64,000 nt of DNA from contig CAPERS010000006.1 of assembly GCA_948607205.1 (NCBI GenBank), forward strand, positions 1,799 to 65,798, read 5' to 3'. Source of the DNA: an uncultured Eubacteriales bacterium (GTDB taxonomy: Bacteria > Bacillota > Clostridia > Christensenellales > UBA1242). A program made the translations under genes and the position numbers. The notes beneath the pieces were generated by a model. That model did not search any database and had not been told where the DNA came from. It saw nothing but the letters and a program-made list of their open reading frames with translations. Below, piece after piece: positions 53,267 through 63,000 of the stretch (position 1 is the first letter of the stretch; each line of letters starts with the position of its first letter).

Positions 53267-53863
53267 ATGGAAGAAAATTTTAATAGTGAAAATTCTCAGG
53301 TTATACCAGAAGAGTCAAAGCGCAAAAATGTTGATGTTTCAAAACTTGAAGAAAAATGGTATGTGCTTCACACATTTTCAGGATATGAAAATGTAGCAAA
53401 AGAAAATCTTGAAACGGTTGTGGATAAGTTTAATCTTCACGACAGAATTTTTGATATTGTCATTCCAATGGAAGATGTGGTTGAAGAGAAAAATGGCAAG
53501 AAAAAACTTGTTCAAAGAAAGGCTATGCCTTGCTATATCCTTGTCAAAATGAAATACGCTGATGACCTCTGGCACAATGTGACTCTCACACGCGGAATCA
53601 CTGGCTTTGTTGGTCCAAAAGGTAGACCACTTGCACTTACTGAAGAAGAAGTTATCAAACTTCGCCTTGAAAAAATCAAAGTTGAAGTTGACCTTGCTGT
53701 TGGTGACACAATCGAAGTTATCGAAGGCGCACTCAATGGCATGATTGGCAAAATTCAATCAGTTGACAGCGAAAACGGAACTCTTACTGCACTTGTTGAA
53801 ATGTTTGGAAGAGAAACTGCGGTTGACCTTCAATTTGCACAAGTTCGCAAGGTAAATAATTAA
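53267..53863 (+). CDS. nusG: transcription termination/antitermination factor NusG
   Basis: WYVLHTFSGYENVAKENL (NGN) and C-terminal KOW GDTIEVIEGALNGMIGKIQSVD. Confidence 0.93.
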   Translation: MEENFNSENSQVIPEESKRKNVDVSKLEEKWYVLHTFSGYENVAKENLETVVDKFNLHDRIFDIVIPMEDVVEEKNGKKKLVQRKAMPCYILVKMKYADDLWHNVTLTRGITGFVGPKGRPLALTEEEVIKLRLEKIKVEVDLAVGDTIEVIEGALNGMIGKIQSVDSENGTLTALVEMFGRETAVDLQFAQVRKVNN

Positions 53864-53874
53864 ATTAAAAAAGT

Positions 53875-53910
53875 TGAGTCAATATCAAAAATAGGGTATT
53901 GACTTTTTTG
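53875..53910 (+). terminator. terminator after nusG
   Basis: AGTCAATA-12 nt-TATTGACT followed by T6. The 3' arm overlaps the next -35. Confidence 0.6.
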
Positions 53911-53927
53911 ATTAAGTGTGATAAAAT
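53899..53927 (+). promoter_or_regulatory. promoter of the 52-aa gene
   Basis: TTGACT, 17-bp spacer, TGaTAAAAT. Confidence 0.55.
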
Positions 53928-53953
53928 ATAGTCATCAAAGGAGGAATAAAATT

Positions 53954-54112
53954 ATGTCAAACACATTTGAAGTAAAAAAATCAGTTGAAGAGGAAGTAAA
54001 CAAGAGAACAGAAATTAATGAGCAGGCTGAAAAAGCTGGTTTTGTTTACATGAACGGAAAATATGTTCGTGCTGACCGCAAGGAAATTGCTGTTGAGGAA
54101 ATGGGAAGATAA
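53954..54112 (+). CDS. small acidic protein (52 aa) inserted between nusG and rplK
   Basis: AAAGGAGGA SD. MSNTFEVKKSVEEEVNKRTEINEQAEKAGFVYMNGKYVRADRKEIAVEEMGR. No family recognised. Confidence 0.5.
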   Translation: MSNTFEVKKSVEEEVNKRTEINEQAEKAGFVYMNGKYVRADRKEIAVEEMGR

Positions 54113-54134
54113 TCAAAAATTTCTTCAATAATGC

Positions 54135-54163
54135 TTGACAATTAAGGTTAAAGCGAGTATAAT
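54135..54163 (+). promoter_or_regulatory. rplK-rplA promoter
   Basis: TTGACA, 17-bp spacer, TATAAT. Confidence 0.6.
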
Positions 54164-54249
54164 AAAAGCGTTGAAACTATGTTTCGGCGTTTTTTTGTGG
54201 GAGATGGGAACTGCAACCCGTCAATGCACCACTTAATAAGGAGGAAAAA

Positions 54250-54681
54250 ATGGCAGAGAAAAAAGTTGCTGCAATGGTTAAACTCCAATTGCCAGCAGGT
54301 AAAGCCACACCAGGACCACCAGTTGGTTCATCACTTGGACCTCACGGTATCAATATCGCTGGTTTTACCAAAGAATTCAATGAGAAGACAGCTTCTCAAG
54401 CAGGGCTTATCATCCCTGTTGTGATAACTATCTATGCAGATAGAAGTTTCACATTCGTGCTGAAAACTCCACCAGCAGCCGTTCTTATCAAGAAGGCAAT
54501 CGGTTTGGAAACAGGTTCAGCCGCACCAAACAAAACAAAAGTCGGAAAAATCACAAAATCGCAAATTAAACAAATTGCTGAAACAAAATTGCCAGACCTC
54601 AACTGCACATCAATTGAGTCTGCAATGTCTATGATTGAAGGCGCAGCAAGAAGTATGGGCGTTACAGTTGTGGAAGACTAA
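54250..54681 (+). CDS. rplK: 50S ribosomal protein L11
   Basis: [27 protein letters not shown], and the rest matches L11 throughout. Confidence 0.96.
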   Translation: MAEKKVAAMVKLQLPAGKATPGPPVGSSLGPHGINIAGFTKEFNEKTASQAGLIIPVVITIYADRSFTFVLKTPPAAVLIKKAIGLETGSAAPNKTKVGKITKSQIKQIAETKLPDLNCTSIESAMSMIEGAARSMGVTVVED

Positions 54682-54692
54682 GGAGGGCAAGC

Positions 54693-55373
54693 ATGAAACA
54701 AACTAAGAAACAAAAACAAACTCTCTCAATGCTCACACCTGGCGCTAAAGACATCGCTAGTGGCGTTGAATCACTTCTCGCACTTCCTAAAGCCAAGTTT
54801 GACGAAACAGTTGAACTTCACGTTCGTCTTGGCGTTGACGGAAGAAATGCTGACCAACAAGTTCGTGGCGTATGTATTTTGCCTCACGGAACTGGTAAGA
54901 GCCTTAAAGTTTTGGTTATTGCCAAAGGTGACAAGGCTGATGACGCTGTTAAAGCTGGTGCTGACTATGTTGGCGCAGAAGACATCGTTGCAAAAATCCA
55001 AGGCGGATGGATTGACTTTGACGTTTGTATCACAACTCCTGACATGATGGGCGTTGTAGGAAGAGTTGCAAGAGTTCTCGGACCAAAAGGTTTGATGCCA
55101 AACCCAAAGAGCGGAACTGTTACAATGGACGTTAAAAAGGCAATCAGTGATGCTAAGGCTGGTAAAGTTGAATACAGACTTGACAAGAACAACAATGTTC
55201 ACGTTATTATCGGAAAGGTATCTTTCGGAAAAGACAAACTTGTTGACAACTTCAACACTGTTATTGAAGCACTTGTTAAGGCTAAGCCTGCAGCTGCAAA
55301 GGGAACATACTTAAAGAGCGTGACAATCGCATCTTCTATGGGACCTGGAATAAAGATTTCAGTTAATGCGTAA
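54693..55373 (+). CDS. rplA: 50S ribosomal protein L1
   Basis: [40 protein letters not shown]. Confidence 0.96.
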   Translation: MKQTKKQKQTLSMLTPGAKDIASGVESLLALPKAKFDETVELHVRLGVDGRNADQQVRGVCILPHGTGKSLKVLVIAKGDKADDAVKAGADYVGAEDIVAKIQGGWIDFDVCITTPDMMGVVGRVARVLGPKGLMPNPKSGTVTMDVKKAISDAKAGKVEYRLDKNNNVHVIIGKVSFGKDKLVDNFNTVIEALVKAKPAAAKGTYLKSVTIASSMGPGIKISVNA

Positions 55374-55389
55374 ATAAATATCTAAATCA

Positions 55390-55417
55390 AAACACCGACA
55401 TTTTTGGTCGGTGTTTT
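55390..55417 (+). terminator. Rho-independent terminator after rplA
   Basis: ACACCGAC-attttt-GTCGGTGT followed by TTTT. Confidence 0.75.
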
Positions 55418-55585
55418 GTGCTTTAAGCACTTTTTATCAACAAGCACAATTTGAAAATAATCTATATTCGTTCATGTGCCTTAGGCACTCATTATCATCA
55501 ATTTTTATCAAAACTTAAATTATAACCGTTCATGTGCCTTAGTCACTTTTTATCAACAACTCGAATTAAAACCAAAAATTTTTAT
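55418..55585 (+). repeat. repeat family locus C: three tandem 58-bp units
   Basis: GTGCTTTAAGCAC 55418-55430, GTGCCTTAGGCAC 55476-55488, GTGCCTTAGTCAC 55534-55546. The units share CGTTCATGTGCC..CACT..TTATCA. Confidence 0.75.
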
Positions 55586-55618
55586 TTAAGATAATAAGAA
55601 TAGGCGAAAAAAATTATC

Positions 55619-55647
55619 TTGACAAAGTGCAATTTTTAAGTTATTAT
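55619..55647 (+). promoter_or_regulatory. promoter abutting the ATG at 55653 (leaderless candidate)
   Basis: TTGACA, 17-bp spacer, TATTAT, then TAATT, then ATG. No SD. Confidence 0.55.
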
Positions 55648-55652
55648 TAATT

Positions 55653-57011
55653 ATGAACGATATGAAAAATAAAGATATTTCAATAACTGAAGTAAAGTTT
55701 TTCAATAACAAACAGAAAAATCAAGATGTTTGTGATTTTTTGTTGAGATGTTGTAACACGCTTGGCGAACTTTATGTTTTGATAAATAAACCAAATTTTG
55801 AAAAGTTGTGGATGAGTAAGTTTGACATAAAGGATTTAAATAAAATTTATAAAGCCTTAGAACTTAATGGATTTCATGTTTATTTTTCGCCTTCAGACAA
55901 AATAAAGGAACCTGAAAATATTTCTGTTATGCGAGTGAATTTCACGCCGAATGTTCCTAAGGATACTTTTATTAAAAACGCAATTTTTTCAAGAGCCTCT
56001 AATTTAGGCGACCTCAGCAAGTTAAGTAAAGAAACAATTTTAAGTTTTCAAAAATTAGGCAATATATGCGTTAAAGATATAAATGATACCTTAAAGAGTT
56101 TTGGACTTAATGAACTTATAGAAGAGTGCCCAATGATTTCCCCAACTGATAATTATCAAGACGCAAAAGAAATTTTATATAAACAAGTTAAGTTTGGAGA
56201 AGGTGTAGTTAATTATAACATCCAAAAAGTGTTAAAGGAAAATTCAATCTTAGGTAAAAAACTTGGTGATTTAACCAGTTTGAAAAAGTCACAACTTTTG
56301 ACTTGTTTCAATTTGGCTGATAAACAAGTGTCCGTTATATCAGACACTTTGAAGAGTTATGGCTTGTCTATCATTGATGATTCTGATAAATTTAGTGTTG
56401 TTGAGCCAGAAGATTGTGAGAATCCAAAGGCTTTGCTTGTTAATCAAGTCAGATTCAGCGATTCTCCAACGATTGACACTCTGGCAAGAAAAATGGTTTA
56501 TAGCATTATATACCAAGCCTACGATAAAAGATTTTCATTAGACAAGAATGTAAGACAAAAATTCTTAAATAGTATGTCACAAATTACACTTGGTGAATTG
56601 TATGAGAAGATTAACAACATAAATTTCCTTTCATACTACAAAAACACAAAAAAAGTTTTGGCAATCAAAGAAACATTAATTCGATATGGCTTTGATGTAG
56701 AAATGCCTAAGCATGAGCAAAAGAAACTCAAATATGGATTTAAAATTTTCAGACCTGAGGAATTAAAATTCAAACTTTATAGGATTTCGCCAGATTCAGA
56801 ATTCAATTTTATTATTCATAAAATATTGCGCTATATTCTTTGCGATGGCAATAAAGAAAGATATGATAATTTCACTCTTTGTGAATTTCTGCAGTTAGAC
56901 CATGATGAACTTGCTATGAAAGTTGGCAGTGTGATAATGAAAGAAATTGACCAATCTCTTAGTGTTCACAACTTGGCATTCAATTCGGCTATTGAAAAAG
57001 AAAAAGATTAG
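55653..57011 (+). CDS. protein built of five RNA polymerase alpha-CTD-like (helix-hairpin-helix) modules
   Basis: Five repeats of the pattern LG(D/E)L..(14-20 aa)..I...L...G(F/L), for example NLGDLSKLSKETILSFQKLGNICVKDINDTLKSFGLNE and KLGDLTSLKKSQLLTCFNLADKQVSVISDTLKSYGLS. Confidence 0.55.
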   Translation: MNDMKNKDISITEVKFFNNKQKNQDVCDFLLRCCNTLGELYVLINKPNFEKLWMSKFDIKDLNKIYKALELNGFHVYFSPSDKIKEPENISVMRVNFTPNVPKDTFIKNAIFSRASNLGDLSKLSKETILSFQKLGNICVKDINDTLKSFGLNELIEECPMISPTDNYQDAKEILYKQVKFGEGVVNYNIQKVLKENSILGKKLGDLTSLKKSQLLTCFNLADKQVSVISDTLKSYGLSIIDDSDKFSVVEPEDCENPKALLVNQVRFSDSPTIDTLARKMVYSIIYQAYDKRFSLDKNVRQKFLNSMSQITLGELYEKINNINFLSYYKNTKKVLAIKETLIRYGFDVEMPKHEQKKLKYGFKIFRPEELKFKLYRISPDSEFNFIIHKILRYILCDGNKERYDNFTLCEFLQLDHDELAMKVGSVIMKEIDQSLSVHNLAFNSAIEKEKD

Positions 57012-57032
57012 GAAAATTCCTAATCTTTTTTT
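57001..57032. terminator. bidirectional terminator between convergent genes
   Basis: AGATTAGGA-aaa-TTCCTAATCT flanked by A and T runs. Confidence 0.75.
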
Positions 57033-57096
57033 AATGCAAGAGTCAAAACTAAGTATTTGTTATCACATAAACTATTATAAGTCTTACTTTTGTTTT

Positions 57097-60000
57097 TTAC
57101 TTAACTTTTGGTTTCTTTCGAAGTTTAATTGTGATGATAATTATTGCAACAGCAGCCATAACTGCAATCACAATTGCAATGATTGCCCAAGCGTTAAGAG
57201 GTGTTGTTTTGGTCACTTTGTAGGAGTAGAGAAGGACTCCGCTTTGAGTGAACACCTGAATGTAGTAAGTTCCAGATTCAGTTATGCTCAAGCCACCGCC
57301 ATAGTTTTCAAGTGTTTCTTCATTGATGTCAAATCTTGAAGAGCCAATTTGAATGTAGCAGTCGCCGATTGTTTCATAGATATTTTTTGCATTGAAATCA
57401 ATGTTAATGATTCCGTCCGTGCTTCCGCCATCAGCGATTGAAACAGCAATAGGTGGAACTTGTGAATTTATCCAAAGCATGAAAGTGAATTTGCTTTCGG
57501 TGATTGGACTGTAAGATTTATCATTTGTGTTTATTGTGATAATATATCTGCCTTGACCAGTCAACTCATCCGAGAATGAAAGAAGAACTCTTGTTAAATA
57601 ATCTTTATCATTGATTGTCAAAAGGTTATTGCCAATAATTTTAACAAGTTCGTCAGTTATGTCAACTCTTTCTTCAATCTTAGAATTGTATTTCTCAATT
57701 TTTTCGATGTAGTAGTTTTTGTAAGGTGTGATTTCATATGAGAGAACTGATTCTTTTGGATTTAAAATAGTGAAAACATATTCCTCTTCGCGAATTGCAG
57801 TTGAGCTTGACTTATCCTGTGCTGAGAATGTGACTTTGTAGTAGCCCGGTTCAGTGAAAGTGTAAACATAGTTTGCAAGAGTGAAACCAGTGTATTCTTT
57901 TCCATTTTTTGTCACGTGGATTTGAGGATAGCCCGCTGTCGTGAAGTAGGTGTTAAGGTCAACAAGTGAAAGTTGAACAGCACCGTTATAAATTGCATGA
58001 TTGATTGGCTCAGTCGTTTTGGCTTCAAGCGAAATTGGGTCGGTGTAGGTGACAACAAAAGGTGAAGTGTTGAGGAAGATAAGTGAGAAATAATCTCCGC
58101 TTCCAAACTTATGAACATTGTTTTCTGGCTCGGTTGAGTCGTGGAATTTGATTTGATAACTTCCTGCACGAGTCAAGTAAACATAATTTGTGTCACTTGC
58201 TTGGTCATAATAAACAGGCATGTCTTCAAGCAGAACATATCTGCCTTGATAAAGTTTTGAAATTTCAATCTCAATTTTGTTTTCTTTGATTCCATAATGA
58301 CTTGTCCAAGAAAGTTTCACTTCAGAGAAGTTTGATTTGTTTTTCTCAACGATGATACTTTCTGAATTTTTGTCAATCAGTTCCTTGCGAACACCTGATT
58401 CATTGGTGTAATATAGTTGTTTGAGGAATGAAGAACTTTTTGGAATATATATGATTGTGAAATATCCGCTTGAAACATCACTTCTATATTGATAGATATC
58501 AATCATAACATCTGTTCCAGTTGCAATTCCCTCTTCCACCAATGTTATTTGCACACCAAGTTCGTCATTTGGAATGATGTTAGGCTTTGGAATAACACTG
58601 CTGTCGCCTGGCTTTGCAGGAACTTTGTCTGAATAGCGCATGTTGACCATATAGTTTGTGTCATATTGCTTGCCGTTTGGAGCAGTGTAGACAATGTCTG
58701 ATTTTTCAACTTTTTTGCCATCAACATAAATTGTGTAGAAGACTTTTGATGAATCATTGATTTGAAGAATGAAAAGAGAACATTCGTTAGTCAAAACATC
58801 TTCACTATCATATTTGGCGAGAATTAAATAGTCGCCAACGCCTGAAATAATGTAACTATTTGGATTTTTTATTTCTTCCCAAGTTTTTCCATCATCTTTT
58901 GAAATATGCAAAGAATATTTATATTGATTGAGATAAGGTTTTTGTTCATTTGTGTTTGCGCTCACGCTTGGATATGCTGAAAGCACAACATTGTTTGAGA
59001 AAGTTGAAATCACTGATGCATTGGCCATATATGTTTTTCCGTCAAATTCAACTCTAAGGTTTTGTTGTGTGTCAGCAAGACCAATATATTCAGAACTTGC
59101 ATCTTTGAAAGTTATATAATTGCCAGTTTTCTTGTCGCTGAATTTTGGCAGTTTGTCATAGACTTTGATATACATTGTTTTTGCAATTGTGTTTGTGTCA
59201 ACTTTATCAACAAGTTGAACTCTGTAAACAATGTCCGACCTATCAAATCTGATTGTGAACAGGTCTTTTGAATTTGGCTTAGATTCAGATTTCAATGTGA
59301 CAGGTTCCCAAGTGTCATTATTGTTATATTGAGATATTCTGACATTGAAGAGAGAATCTTGATAGGTGAGGATTATCGATTTGCTCGAAATGTAGGTGAT
59401 GTCGCCAAGCGAGTCAACCTTTTGATAAATGTTTGCATCGCCAGTTATTTCGTCAAAGTTTTCACTGTTTGCCTTTTGATGAACAATGGTTTTGTTTCCA
59501 AAGTTATCGATGATTGTGTATCTGATTGGCTGATTGTTTGCGCCAAGTCTGATGTAGATATACAGATACCCGTTCGCGCTATAGTTGAAGATGACTGTTT
59601 CAGTTGATTCCCAACCGTTTGGATTGCCACTTGCGTTTGTGAACGCTTTAAGTGTGCTCCACTCGCTTTTGGTTGAATCAATTTGAGTGAGTTGTTCAAT
59701 TGTGATTGCAACTGGGAAGATATGGCTTTGCTCATTGCTTTCAACTTGTTCATTTGTTGGATGAGCTATTTTAAGATAAGGGTCACCATTATCGTTTCCA
59801 GTTTCTGTTCTGAGGCTTGCATTCATGATTGAAACTTTGACATTGCTGTTTTTGCCTTCAAGTCTGTTTGCAATTTGCAAGTTGTGTTTAACATTTGATG
59901 ACGCTACGCCAAAGAATAGTGTTTCAATGCCAACTTCTTCAAAGCCAAGAGTGCCATTTGAAAGGATTGAAATTTTATAAATTCGTCCTTTGTCGAGGTT

Positions 60001-63000
60001 AGGGCTTGTCATAAATGCTACAGTATTGTTTTGAGCGGTTGTGATATAAACTGCCCAGTCATCGTTTAAAAATTGAAGTGATTGGAATTTAAGGCCTGTG
60101 GAAGAATAGATATTTACGCCTTTGATAGCCTCCTCATTTGTGAGTGATTTGCTTTTTTCTTCATCAGTTAAACTTTCCAAAAGGTCGTTTGTGTAAGTGA
60201 TTGCTTTTTCTGATGCAATTGCATTTGAATCAATCAGTTTAACCAGATAAACGACCATGTTGCCTGCCATGTCGCGTTCAACGATTTCATAGTATTTGTT
60301 ATTTTCAAGAGAATTTAAATACAAAAATTCAAAACTTGTATGACTTGATGAATTGTTTGAGAAGTTGTCTTTTGTCACTTGAACATAAGTTGTCAAATCT
60401 TCTATTTTGCGATAGAAGGCAAACTTTGTCCCAAAGTTGTCATTCTGAGAAATTTTTTGTTTCATGTCTGAGAAGAAGTTTATATTAACCATGTAAGAAT
60501 AGTTCTTAAACTGACCTTCATTTTTGGTGTAAGAATAACTTACGGTGTTCATGTCAGTGTGTTCAACTTTTTCATTTTGAGCATTATAGAGGTCACGAGT
60601 ATAACTTTCAAGGAATGCTTTGGTGAAATTTGGAACTGCATTTGTCACATTGTTCATAAGTGAAGAAAGTGTTTGGGTTGGTGCAGTGAAGTCAATATAC
60701 ACACGTTTTGTTGTTGTGCTGTAGTATTCTTCGTTGCCTTCGTGTCCTTCAAATTGCATTGTGATGTCAACATAATTGCCGTTCTGCCAATAGTCTTTAA
60801 GGTCAATGTCAAAAGTGTTGACTTTATTGTTTGAATTAATTTTAGTGACTGTTTCTCTATGTAAAGTTCCGCCACTTGCGCTGTAAATTGAATATCGAAT
60901 TGCTTCTTTGTCAATATTTGCCAAGTATTTGTTATCAGTGTCTGTCCATCTTATCACAAGTGTTTGTGAATTTGTGAAATGGTTTCCTGTTTCTTCTTGG
61001 TTACTGTTTTTTTCTGATTCCAGTTTCATGTTTCTTGAATCAAGAATATCAAATTCAGGTTTGTTGCTTTCAATTTCAAATGAAAACTTATATGACTTTC
61101 TGATGCTGTCATCCACGCTGTTTGATGCTTGGAAAAGTTCAACAACATAACTTCCTGGTGAAGTGAATTGAACAGGTTGAGCATTTTGGTCAACATCTTT
61201 GTCAAAAGCAGAAACTTGATAAATGCTTAAATATCCATTAACTGAATTTCCATTTGTTTTATAAAGTTTTTTGTTTCCAAAAGCATCTGTGAAAGTTATT
61301 TGAGCATAAAGTTTATATTCGGCAATGGAAGCTCTTTGAATAAATTCTCTTGCCTCTTGTTCGTTTTTGCAAGAAATTTCAACGTCATTAATATATGCTG
61401 TTATTTTGCCTTCCTTATCAATTGTATATTTCGCACCGCCATAGTTTGAAAGTTCACTGTTGCTATAAACAGTGTAAGTGTTTGTTTTTGCGTCGTAGGA
61501 ATAGTGAGTTGTGTATTTATCAGTTGGAATGTTGAGGGTGAGTGGAAGTTTGTTTGTTTCAACAGAGAAAGTTGGAGTATCGCCATTTTGTTGTTTATAG
61601 AATGAACCTTGGTTTAAACCTTCAGCATTATATCTTGGGAATGATATTTCAAGTGATGACTGACCAGGATTGCTATACATTGAAAGCAGGATATCGCCAC
61701 CAACATAACTTTCGGCTGAACTATAAGTGTCTCCATCGACTTTATTTGAAACTTGTTCTTGCGAAGAAATAACATTGAAGTTGTCAACAATCATGGTTAT
61801 TTGGCGTTCAAAGTAGTCATACTTGTTGCTGTTCGGCATAGTGCGATATCTTCTTGTGAAGATATACTTGCCAGGTTCGGCATATTTGCCAACAGTTGAA
61901 ATTGGAAGTTCGATGATGTCGTCATAGTGAACTTGTGCGTCATATTTGAACACATTGTGATTGTTTATTGAAGGCTCTTCTTCAAGAGTGTAGAAGTGAG
62001 CAATGTTGTTTAAGTCGTTGTTTTCATCTTTTTTTCCAACGTTTCCTTCAAAAGTATCACTCTTTTTGGTGAAAGCATAATAAGTCATTGAAACGCTTTC
62101 AACAATTGCGCCTTCATTTGCAGGCTTAAATGAGAGAAGAATTTGCTTTTCATTAACTGAAATAGGTGTCAAAAAGCTGAGTTTATAGTTAAGATTGCTT
62201 GAAAGGTCAAAGCCATCTTGTTTGTTTGTTGAAGTTTGTGTTCCATCTTCGTTAACATACAATAAGCCAGTGTATTCAAAGTTTGACTTGTTGAGTTCTT
62301 GGTCTTTATTGTCTGCGTAAACAATTTTTAATGCAGAAGAGTCTGATGTGACATTGATTGTCACAAATGCACTTGGTGCATTGAGATAGCCATAAACAGA
62401 ATCGGCAGAGAGAAGTGTGTTTGACATATCTCTCAAAATAACTTGGTGAGTGCCTTCGCTTGCAACTGTTTCGCCGTTATCAATTTTGAATAAGTCGATA
62501 TAATATTCATTCTTCTGTTGATTTGAATCTGTGCCTTTCAGTTTGAATTGACTTTCCGTTGCTTCTTTAACGTAAACATCGTCCAAAATTTTTACTGTAA
62601 TATAGTCTGATGAATAACTTGAAATTTCTGGATTTGGTGGAGTTGCTGTGGTTGTGAGTTTCTTTGAATTTTCGCTGAAGAAAGTTCTGAGCACTGAGTC
62701 AAGTTTGTCACTCTCGTTGAAAGCATTCTGTTTGACATTTTCAAAGAAATCTTCCATTCCACTTCCAGATGGATATTTAACATAAATTGCCTTGTTCTCA
62801 GCCCATTGAACGTGATAGTCATATACCTCGTTCACTGAAAGCGAATAGTTGGCAGTGAGAACTGATTTTGAATTTACGCCCGATTCTTTGTTATATGAGT
62901 TGAGAACAAAAGTTGGTTTTGTGTTGTCAATGAAGTAAGCGTCAAAATTCACATTCCCTGCTTGGTCGTAAACTTCGAAGATATAAAGCCCTGCAGAACT

